Positions 1 through 10,898 of a stretch of 49,933 bases of DNA are shown in pieces (position 1 is the stretch's first letter; the number at the start of each line of letters is the position of its first letter). The translations under genes were made by a program, and so were the position numbers. Under the pieces are notes generated by a model, which was not told where the DNA came from, did no database searches, and saw only the letters and a list, made by a program, of their open reading frames with translations. This stretch comes from Catajapyx aquilonaris (lineage: Eukaryota): NCBI GenBank assembly GCA_000934665.2, contig JYFJ02002844.1, positions 1 to 49,933 on the forward strand, read 5' to 3'.

Positions 1-533
1 TTGCTCCTATACATACTTCCATATGAGAGTGAGAGGGACGTCCTTGGGAGGAAGGGCGGATTCCAGAGCAGCAGCAAAGCAACAGCGGCCGTCTCTTATA
101 AAATGTCCGCAGATTAAGGAAGGGTGTTGGGTGGGGTCCAAGGACCAACTAGTGGCGGATCCGGAAGGGGCGTAGGCAAGGTCGCCAAGGAGACTGCTCT
201 TTTTTTGAGAAGGGGGGTGGAAAAGAGACAGGGGGGGGGGGGNGGGGGGGGTATAGAAAGAGGAGGGTTCTGAAACCTATATTGCGATGGGTCAAAGGTT
301 GCAATAAGTTTCGCAATAGCAGAGTGACCACATCGTGTTCTTGATTGCGATCTTGGATTTGCTCGCCCTAATTCACGTTGAGACGGATTAAGAGTTTAGA
401 CCAGCTGATTTTCCTCAGGCATTATTCTTTCTCTGAACGTGTGGACATGGTGGATAAGGGTCCTTGATAATGTTGACGGGGAATTACTGGCTCATTATCG
501 CGCATGACCTATATGTGCCATAAATGCTTCTAC

Positions 534-616
<83 letters not shown>
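534..616. repeat. (TTA)n microsatellite, ~28 units
   Basis: Uninterrupted TTA/ATT run read directly; it explains the poly-Ile and poly-Leu ORFs 484-900 and 504-713. Confidence 0.98.
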
Positions 617-3600
617 GCGTTTCTCCTTGAAGTGGAATGGACGATATTACAAGAGGAAAGTTGCAAGTTTTTGTGGGAGCAGGCGCAGGGCCAATGAGGG
701 GAAAATAATATAGGTCTATAGGGGATGTCGCCTTGGCAAGAAAGTTTTTGTTGTGTTTTTGTGTGTGGGCCTTCGGGGAGATCTGTACCTGCGAGCACGT
801 TTCGAGAAGATCGGTGCTGGGATGAATAGGGAGACACGGTGTGGGGTCGAAACAGCGGAGACCGTAGAAAATTCGAATCAGTGTCAGGTATAGAAACCAA
901 GTTTGCTTAGCCTTTTGCGCGGTGATAGGAAAAAGAATTGGTGTCTTTTAAAAAAATAATTTAAAATGCCCTCTTTGATCCTTTTATTATCCCGTAGCAA
1001 TAGACTCGAAAACACCCTTGTAATATCTATGCAGTTTTAATGACGATTTAAATTTATATTCAGAGGGCAGCCATGATGGGGTTCGTGAGGCGACTGGATT
1101 GTTTATTGTAACTCTTTTTAAGATCGGCATAAATATTAAGTTTCAATATTTTTGAGGTCAGTTTTGCGCTTTTCTGTTGGGCACTGTTATGCCGGCCCCA
1201 TTCACTATCACTCACTATTCCAGATTCGAGAGAGCTCTTATCTATTCTGGTTTGGATACTCACTGACTGGAAAATAACGAATGCCAATGTTTGAGTCTGC
1301 ATCCTGCATGCCAATAGACGGTATGTGTCGTTAGGTCTGTAAAGGAATCAGTCAGCACAAGAAATAAGCTGCCGTATTACACGGATATTATACAATATAC
1401 GGTATAATAATTATAATTTTGGGAGCTAGTTGCCCACGAAGAAAACTAGCTTGATTCAGATTAGCGTGATCTGTCGGTAGAATACATATACTGTCGTAAT
1501 ATTTTTTCCTTATTCTTATTTCTAATTCCCATTTTATAAGTTTGGAGCTACTCCACATACTCATACATCAGTGTTCATCAGTGACCTTGGCTGTTGTCCA
1601 AATATCATAAATAAGATTGCGTGGATTTCTGATGAGCTCATCATCATGGGCAAATATTTGGCCGTATTGGGCTTTAAAAGACACCACAACAAATAACTAT
1701 TTAACGTTAACCGAAATCGACTATTCCTTCCAATAAAATAGCATGCAGTGTGCTGGATAAGGTGCACACTTTCCTCACGGACCTAGTTTCCTGTAAACAT
1801 GAGGTGGTTGGCGAAAGAACTCGCCCCATCATTTCAGGAGGGGCAGTTGAAGTTTTACGACTGCGGTACTCTTATTTTAACTATTTTCCGGCCAATATTT
1901 TGAGTTTTTATCTCTATTCTTTCCACAGCTTGTGTCAAATGCAGTGTTTTTTTCTCATTAGGATACGAAAATCTTTTTCCAGAGTGCAAGATAGACTTTA
2001 ATCACCCTTGTTTATGTTTTTTGTGCTGTGCAAAAAAGCAGTAACGTATCTTAATATACATTAATTAAATTCTGACATAATCAGAGCAGATACCATTTTA
2101 CGTGTTTTAAATGCAAAATATTTGTTTTGAAGGTCGATTGGAATAGGGCCTCATCCTGCCGACCCACTCGAATTACACGACAATAATACTCTAATTGTCT
2201 AATATAGATTTTGGCAATTTCGGTTGTATTACTTGTAGGTAGACAATCCACTGTCAATAATTTTCGTTTTTCTAGCCACGTAATGATGGGAAATATACTG
2301 GTGGTTAAACCACTCAGAAAAGTGGGGTGGTTGGGGATTTAGAGTGTTTGTGTGTCATTCACACGAGTAAAGAAATGAAAATTGGTGTCAAATTGCTTCA
2401 GAAATGACGCCGAAAGTGCCAGTCAACCAAGGCAATTTTATCTTCCAATATCGAATCCAATCAGAAATTCTCACCTTCCACTCTTTATGTCACTCCGTAC
2501 CAATATACCTTGTAAGCCAGGAGCCGCAGCCCGCAGTTTGTTCAGTGAAACTTCAATACGCATTACCTTGATAGTAAAATACTTCAAGCCTGACGAATAT
2601 GTACACTACACTACATGCTCACTACATATAATGCATACCCATGGCTTGAGGTGCCTAGAAAGCTTGTTATTTAGCAGCAAGAAGGCGGCAAGAAACTGGA
2701 CAAGTCTGTCACGATGACCAACATCATTTATCGTGTCTCTTACTCGGATGTTTCTAATGATCCAAGGTCTATTATTTTGTCACTCACATTTTGCCCCTTG
2801 CTGTGAGAAGGAGCAGCATCATTTAGCCTCCAGGCTTACAAACTCTCGATCCCCCCTTTGCCTGCCTTGAAGTAATAAGTAAAAATAATCCTGATCACGT
2901 TGCATTCGGCTACTCATCAGGATAAGCCGGAAGGAGAAAGGGAATGGAATGGTTACGACTGTGGACACCCGAGTTTTTGCGTTCCACATACGAAGACAGA
3001 TATGAAATAGATTCCTAGTTTCTTTTCTCAGCGGAAGCGATTACTGGTGGCGAGACTGGTTGGCTTTTAAAAATTCTGGAAACATCCTCAACTGCGTACT
3101 ACAAAGGGTTACCTCATTGCTCATTTGAGAAGGACACTTGTTTCATAATGATCGTTCCGGTAGTAGAAATGAGTCACTTTTGGTTGATATCCCATTGTCG
3201 TGCTGGGCACCTGCTGCTTCGACTCTCTCTCGCATTTATATTCACAACAGAGATTATTAGTAACTACAGTTTGGAGGCTGTAGAGATCTGATTTTACATG
3301 ATCTGTGGAGGGGGTATTACAGCATCAGAAAAGGAGGTCGAATCTCTCAACACAAGTTGCAATAATGTTGTTCAGTCGCTACTACAAAAGTGTTATTGTT
3401 CGCTGACAACGTAATTAGCTACCAAGGCGCGCTGAAATATTAGATCCCTTCAACCGCAGTAATGGCTGTGAAATATTCCTCATTGAAAAGAAATTGCAAA
3501 GGTCTTGAAACATCAATCAGATTTCGGTCAACCCCCTGCAGCATATACAGGCTGCGTCATCTCAGGCTATAACACGCGATATTATCTGCCTGTTTAGAGA

Positions 3601-5245
3601 GCAACCACGCACTATGCAAAGTATGAACAATAATATTTGCTCGCATGAAATGTGTTAATTAGTCATCAGGTGTTAAGTAAGAAAGCTATCAGAGACCTGC
3701 GCTACTTCCTTTAGCCAACTTTTTTTTTGTGTGCGCCCATCAGATATATTCAATTTCTATAGCTCGGTGTAGGCACAGACCAGAACTAAAGGTAAATGTC
3801 AAGACAAACTTTGAGTCAGTCTCATGCTGGCGGCCACTTTTTTCTCGCGCACTGGTTCATTGACCGACTTTTGGTTTCTTTGGTACGAAATGTCGTTTTT
3901 TTTCCTTTCTACATTTTCCCTCAGGCTCTCCCGCCAGTAGCAATCCTGTCTGAAACCGGCGCCACACTATGGGCGTTTTCAAGGTGGACAAAAAAGTAAT
4001 GTCGAGGTGGTGCGCGCACACACAAAAAAAAACTTTCATGTGGTAATAAGAACGCGTTCTTGATCCACAAAAGATCGCAAAAAAGACTTGTTTTGTTGGT
4101 CTCTCAAAAAAGGATAGCTTTATATGAGCTTGGTGCAAGGTCTGATGTTCCCCTTGGAAGAACTAGAAAAGTGCTGTGTGCGAATCGAAGAATGGAACGT
4201 GAGCAGGAGAGTGAGTCTGTTGCTCAATACCTCGATGAACTCGTTTTTCCAGCACGCAGGCGATGAAGGCGAAGAAGACGAGACCGTCGCGATTTTTTTT
4301 TTTAACCCGTCCAATTTTATTGCCAAATCACCGTACCGAGTGTCTCCTTCGCGTGTTGTTTTTTTTCCCCTACCCACTTCCTAAATCGGAGAAGGCCGGC
4401 ATCTTTTTCTGGACTATCCTGTTGAAAGCAAGTTGAATGCATAGGTTGGCCGATTTGGGGGAATTGATGTTCCCTCAGGGAAAGTGAATCCTCGGTGCAA
4501 TGGAATGTCACCTTGATGAGCCTTTAAGTGCGTGGATTGAGCATGGCGCCACGAAAAAGTGAAGTGAATGGCAAAGCTGCAAAATGCTGGAGGACATTGC
4601 TGGTGACCAAGTTTTGAATGAGGCTGTGACGTGCGTCCGACTTAGTGTTCCGGCGCCGCAGACATGTCTTGCAGATTCAGGAAGATAGTGAGATGTCGAA
4701 TCGCAAGTAAGGCGCACTTGAACCTTTCGAGTGTGGTCACCTATTCTTGGCGGTGCATACTGGCTGGCCTCTTGTGAAATGAGGGTTCCCGTGGATTTCA
4801 CCGACGAAAAGGTCACATGCGTGACGAGAACCACCTTTTGTAAGTGCGCGTTGCGAGCCGCCGCTGTGTGATGTCATCCTTTTTAAAACTAACCTAACCT
4901 CCGCAGGGAAAAGGGCAGCGAAACATGAATGTTGGATGAAATACCGTCGCAAATTGTGAATAAATTGTTGAGGGACAGGCATACATGCCTATTATTCTCG
5001 GCCCAACACTGTGCTAATGAAAGTAATGACGTGCGTCGTTACGATGCGAGCTATTCTGTGCTGCAATCGAGTCCAAAAACAATGCATTTTTTCTCTCCGC
5101 CTACACAAGGGCAATTAACCAATGTTGCATTTTTATACAAGCGTATATAGTTGCGTCACCGTGTGTGAACAAGCAACTCAAAAACTGTGTCAGGTTAATG
5201 TGTTGTATGCCCTATTGAAATCATCAAACCAATTTTTTGTTGAAG

Positions 5246-8200
5246 GTACAGATGCACCCAGGGCATCGAGGGCGCAACGTAGGAGACAAGGTGCAAATTT
5301 TGACTGCCCAGATGAGTTCGGATATTATGCACATCCCACCGACTGCACCCTGTACTATGTGTGCGTGTTCGGAGGACCACTCCTGGAGAGCTGCACAGGG
5401 GGACTCATGTATAGGTAAGCGATATATTTCGCCATGGTGACAACAATGGTGACGAAAGTACAGTTGTCCTAACATAATGTGTCATATGGCAGCCAAGAGC
5501 TTCAAACATGCGACTGGCCTCGTAACGTGGGCTGCACTAATGGAACTACCTCGTCGTCGTCACTGTCGTCATCTTCCTCTTCGTCGTTGGACTCGGCAGT
5601 GGTAGTGCGTGTTCCGGATATCAGGAAGAGTGTGACTTTGCAGACTCCGGCCACTGCGGCCAGAAGGGTGAATGAGGCTCTGAAGGTACCAGGAAGCAGC
5701 GGGAGTGGTCGCCCCCAGGTTGTCAGCAGGGCGGAGCTGGGCTTGGACAACCATGTTCTGGATGCGGACGAATTTGGTCTTGGGGATGCTGACCGTAGGG
5801 ATGAACGACCCGGACGTTCCTACCAGGGGCATCAACCGTCTTTGTCAAACGCGCCGTCCCTCGCACTCGTAATGCACCTGTCTTTTCCATCATTTATTTC
5901 TTGAACTCAGCTTTCCTGCACGTGCACATAATACTCCTGATGGTTCTTTTTTTTCTACTTCATTTCTTCAGGTTGCGAATAGCGCCATATCCGGACGTCG
6001 TTCAAGCTACACTTCTGCTCCTTCATCATCATCTAGGTGAGTTTCCCTCGCCTGTTTTTCACTCCATAATCATGCTAACCTTACATCAAGCAGATGACGC
6101 TAGTCGTAAAAAGCCTGCCACTCATCCGCCCAGCATGCCGCCAAAATGAAAATTACCTATTGTGAAATATAGGGATTCTTTTGATGAAAAATATTCAGGG
6201 CATATGGAATCAGGCAGATGAACCACCTCGACTTTCATTACTTTCTCGAAGAATTAGGTGACGATGTCAGTTGTCATACTGTTCAGAGAAAGCACTTAAC
6301 TGCATCGATATGATAGCCTAAACTGTACATGTGGAAAAACTTGATATATTACTTTGTGGTTTCTTGGTTGACTTGAATATTCCCACGGAGAAAACAATAT
6401 CGGGCATGAACTGATAATTATTATTGATGGCCTCGGGACGTTGAGCATTACAATGTGGGCGAAAGCACTGGCCTTACTTGGATACCAAAGGTCACGGGTA
6501 GGGGTTGTTCCTCAACTTCCCACTCGGAACTAGAAGGGAAGGGAAGCAAATAACATCCAAGACCAGTTAGGGATGACTCATAACAAATACTACCTCACAG
6601 GACAAGTACAGGCGACCTGCGACACCTCAGGCGACGACGCAGACAGGCTGGCAGGTAGGCGAGGTTCATACGCCTTTGCCCGATCTGACTGACGATATAG
6701 GTTGAGATTGTAATGTCCCTCCTGCCTCCTACCATACAGGGGTCACTACCGGCATCGTGAGCCCCATCGGCCCCACCTACGACCATCCCGTACCAGTGGA
6801 ACCCGACAATACCATTTACATCCGCATTTTGCCCACCTTACTCACTCCCACCAGCCTCCACATCCTCACCATCATCAACACCCGCATCAACACCCACACT
6901 CACATCACCACCATCACCCCCACCGAAATCCCATATCACAACCCCAGAACTTCCGACCTTCAGTACGCCTGCATCCACACCCACCTCGCCACCACCATCG
7001 TCCTGGTGCCAACGACTTCAACGACGATGACGACAACAACAGCAACATCTCCGGAGACGACGAATTTCGACCACATTGGCCAGAATGGTTCCCTTCTCAT
7101 CCTGCACGGTTTCCATTTAAACCTACTACATCCACCACCCGTCACAAAAAGAAACCTAAACCACAGTCTACAACCACATCAAAACCAAAAACTACAACAG
7201 ACAACGATGACTATAACGACTACTATTATGACCTCGACGACCCTTTGCAGCCTCCGAGGTGAGTGACCGACACGGACCTTAATGACGTAAACTGTACATA
7301 CTTGGGCTACACACGCGTTGTTATGGTATTGGACGAGACTAACCGCGGCAATCAGCAGGGCTATGATATAACTGCAACCTAATAAACTACAGGAACTCTG
7401 GATTGGCCCCTCCGTACGTAAGCGACGCACCTCTTCGCCAGCTGGTGGCAGATGTCCGGGGAAATTCCGGTTACCGAGGAGGAGGATCCGTCCGCCCAAC
7501 CACCGTCACCTCCGTAGCTCCCATCCGACAGCAGCACCAAGAAGTGATTTCCTCCCCTCCCCCTCCTCCTCCACCACCTCCACCAAGAGTGGTACAGCAG
7601 CAGAGGCCGTTGCAATACACCACCATCTCGTCATCCGCCAGGGTGCCCACCACATACCAGCCTGCTAACCGGTCGTATGCAGATTACGACGCATATTACG
7701 TGTACGACGACGAACTCTACCCTGATGTCGGTGAGTTTTGCTACCAGTGAAGTCATGTATATAAGGTGATTTCGTAATTGTAAAGACAATTCCTCGTTGC
7801 AGTGGAGTACACGGAAGCAGCTCGCACCCGAGGTCCTCCTCCATTGACTACCGTGTCCAGGCACCCCCAGCAGGTCATCACGAGGGCGCCTGTCCAGCTG
7901 ATCTTGACCACCTCCACCGCGCCCATACCACGACCTCCTCCCCCTCCTCCCCCTCCTCCCACCAGGCTGCCGTACCTGTCCACCAGAGCAAACTCGATCA
8001 AACAGACCATCGCCCAGTCCTCCAGGCCAACATATTCCTCCTCTTCCGCCTCAACCAGCAGCCTCTCTCGCGGGTAAGTTCAATCCGCAATCTGACTGTC
8101 CGTCTCTCTGGTGCCATATGTATCCCTCCTGAACCGTTCCAGGAGATCCCGACCAACTCTGAAGCCCAGCTCGGTGGTGGTGGCCGGCGCTTCCGAGTAC

Positions 8201-10898
8201 ATCGACATTTATCGGTTCCCACCAAGACGACCGTCGCCTCTGTACGCCTCTCCACAGCCCGACACCCCTGCATCCAAATGTCGACGAGATTCTTGTCACC
8301 TGCCAGACTGCTCCTGCGGCGGAAAAGAAATCCCAGGTAGTGTTACTTTCCGACTAGCCAAACACCAGCACTGCTTTGAGTGCCTTTGAGTAGCGTTTAC
8401 GTCACAATTAGCAACAATTGACGTCAGGCTGAATACATTACATTGTTGGTGTATGGTTATCGGACGCATGCAACAATGAGGTAGCGATCAGCACATAGGA
8501 GAGAGATGGGTATAATTTTGTGGGGGATGTGTGCGAAAAAAAGGGGGATTGCCTGCATCGGAGGTGCCCCAGATGGTGCTGCTGACCTTCGACGACGCTG
8601 TGAACGAGCTGAACCGCGGACTGTACGAGGAGCTGTTCGGCACCGGAAGGGTCAACGCCAACGGGTGCCCCGTAAGCGCCACCTTCTACGTGTCTCATGA
8701 GTGGACTGACTACTCCTTCGTGCAGAACCTGTACGCTGATGGCCACGAAATGGCTTCTCACTCCGTCTCGTAAGTGAAAACGGTCACTAAGTGTGAGTGA
8801 GTGATGCTCTACTGCGCCGTCACTGTCGCCGCTGCTGCTGCTGCTGCTGGTGCCACTGTCACTCTCTGTCACGGACGCCCGTTCCAGGCGCATGGGCCAG
8901 CACATGGCCCCCTATGCCATTGCCACTGCCTTCTTGTTTCTGTCATTCTGCATCTATGCCTCTGTCTCTCTCGGTGTTAATTATTGTTTCTGAACTTTTT
9001 GACTTGCTAATTGGTTGTGGAAAACGGTGGGTGCTTTATTGGGTCGCGACTATACGCACGCAGGTGGATTGGACGTCTCCGAGGTGCCTCAGCTGGTGCT
9101 GCTGACCTTTGACGATTCCGTGAATGACCTCAACAAGGGCCTGTACGAGTCCATCTTCGCTCAGGGAAGGGTCAACGCCAACGGGTGTCCCATCTCTGCC
9201 ACTTTCTTCGTGTCCCACGAGTGGACAGACTACAGCCAGGTGCAGAATTTGTACTCCGACGGGCATGAGATTGCTTCTCATTCCATCGCGTGAGTCGCTT
9301 CTCTCTCTTTTCCATCTGTTTTCACTGCACTGTCTCATGGGTCTGCCTATACACACTTTTACCCTTTTGGTCTATACTATACATCTTACACTGAACTTAT
9401 TGCTGCCGCCTCTGCTGTGCTATCATGTTCTCAGAACAATATTCCTGATCACTAAATGTTGTTTCAGTATGTATGAAAGCATCCTCTGTGTCCATGTTCA
9501 AAGAAAGCAAAAGGCTGCTGGCAAACAATATGCTCCTGTCGAACAAGCCATATTCAGGTGCCAGGCGGATGTTTATTGCTTTAGTTGTTCGATGGGGTCG
9601 TCACATACTGTGTTTATGGTGTGCTGCTAAATTTTATGCTTTTCTTCACTCAGGCATTAAAAGGACCTAATGGAGTCATGCTCACTGGGGGATCATTTTA
9701 AGTATGCAGGCAATTTAAAACGTTACAGTGATACATTTTGTATGTCGTCCTGATGCCCCAGTTCAAGTGCCATACACTTTAGAGACACCTTGCACAGTAT
9801 TTGGCTCTTTTGGCAAAATGTCATAGCCTTCGCATGTGAATTAACCTTTGAAACTCTTGCAATGGGAATTCGCACCAAACCGGAATGAATGGGAGAGCCG
9901 TGTGTCTAAATTGTGGGTCAATTATATGCGATCATGGGATGTGGTGTATTGAATTGCAGCCACAGCTTCGGAGAGCAATTCTCGCAACGCAAGTGGGCAC
10001 GAGAAATCGCAGGACAGCGCGAGATTTTGGCAGCGTACGGAGGTGTCCGCCTTGAAGACGTGCGAGGCATGAGGGCACCTTTCCTGGCCGTTGGTGGCAA
10101 CAACATGTTTAAGATGCTGTACGACTACAACTTCACGTACGACTCCTCCATGCCGGTGTACGAAAACCGCCCGCCTTCCTGGCCGTACACACTGGACTAC
10201 AAGATCCACCACGACTGCATGATTCCCCCATGCCCTACCAAGGTACGCCGAGTCGTTAGTGTGTCATTGAGGGTGTCTCCAGCACTAATTAAATTTTGAA
10301 TGCAGTCGTACCCAGGTGTGTGGGAAGTGCCAATGGTGATGTGGCAGGACCTGAACGGAGGGCGATGCTCCATGGGCGACGCCTGCTCCAACCCACCGAC
10401 CGCTGACGGTGTCTACAAGATGCTGATCAAGAACTTTGAGCGACATTACACCACCAACAGAGCTCCTTTCGGCCTCTTCTACCACGCAGCATGGTTCACC
10501 CAGCCTCACCACAAGGAAGGCTTCTTGGCTTTCATGGACACCCTGGTGCAGATGGAGGACGTGTGGCTGGTCACCGCCTGGCAAGCGCTGCAGTGGATGA
10601 GGGATCCGGTTCCTCTGTCCAAGATCCTCAACTACAGACCATTCGGCTGCGACTTCTCGGTACGATTTTCTAGTGTATAGCGTGATAATTATAGACTGTA
10701 CGGTGTACTAATGCTAAAAACGCGTTGGCCTTGCAGGACCGGCCTAGAAGGTGCAACCACCCTAAGGTATGCAACTTGTGGCACAAGTCTGGAGTTCGTT
10801 ACATGCGAACCTGTCAGCCCTGCCCAGACGTGTACCCTTGGACTGGAAGAACCGGCGTGCGTAATTCGCGTGTCGACAACGAAGTCGAAGACTCATAA
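5246..10898 (+). CDS. Cda5: Chitin deacetylase, Cda5-like (chitin-binding peritrophin-A domain + long linker + polysaccharide deacetylase domain); 5' end and signal peptide not located
   Basis: Phase-consistent GT-AG exons: 5246-5414, 5493-5868, 5972-6036, 6601-6654, 6740-7258, 7393-7730, 7803-8073, 8143-8336, [8544-8769 OR 9064-9289], 9960-10242, 10306-10659, 10737-10898 (TAA); about 1000 codons. Six-Cys chitin-binding domain FDCPDEFGYYAHPTDCTLYYVCVFGGPLLESCTGGLMYSQELQTCDWPRNVGC. CE4 motifs TFDD, HSxxH, RAPFL, FYH. C-terminus ...CNLWHKSGVRYMRTCQPCPDVYPW... No LDLa domain seen. Linker exon borders are less certain than domain exons. Confidence 0.9.
8544..8769 (+). CDS. Cda5: Cda5 mutually exclusive catalytic exon A
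   Basis: 226 nt, AAG|GG ... TC|GTAAGT. Encodes GLPASEVPQMVLLTFDDAVNELNRGLYEELF...HEMASHSVS. Confidence 0.88.
8832..8849 (+). repeat. (CTG)6 repeat in the intron between the mutually exclusive exons
   Basis: Read directly; embedded in further YGCY motifs. Confidence 0.9.
9064..9289 (+). CDS. Cda5: Cda5 mutually exclusive catalytic exon B
   Basis: 226 nt, CAG|GT ... GC|GTGAGT. Encodes GLDVSEVPQLVLLTFDDSVNDLNKGLYESIF...HEIASHSIA. Same length and phases as exon A. Confidence 0.9.

Noticed and set aside
230..251. G homopolymers with N (also ~34822 and ~46850) as G-quadruplex elements
   Set aside because: Ambiguous bases show the run lengths are unreliable base calls.
280..616. Possible 3' end of a non-LTR retrotransposon ending in (TTA)n
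   Set aside because: No RT, RNase H or zinc-knuckle frame could be read convincingly.
484..900. Poly-Ile and poly-Leu ORFs
   Set aside because: Artefacts of the (TTA)n microsatellite.
2888..2925. CTGATGAG on the - strand as a hammerhead ribozyme core
   Set aside because: No stem II followed by GAAA; only a short ATCCTGAT/ATCAGGAT inverted repeat.
3148..3259. Candidate signal-peptide exon of Cda5 (MSHFWLISHCRAGHLLLRLSLAFIFTTEII, phase-1 A|GTAACT)
   Set aside because: Weak donor and atypical signal peptide. Other mini-exon candidates (3763-3791, 4675-4705) are equally plausible, so the 5' end is left unresolved.
6757..7266. Thr-rich 169-aa ORF in the ORF track
   Set aside because: Wrong phase for the flanking splice sites; the His-rich frame fits both neighbouring exons.
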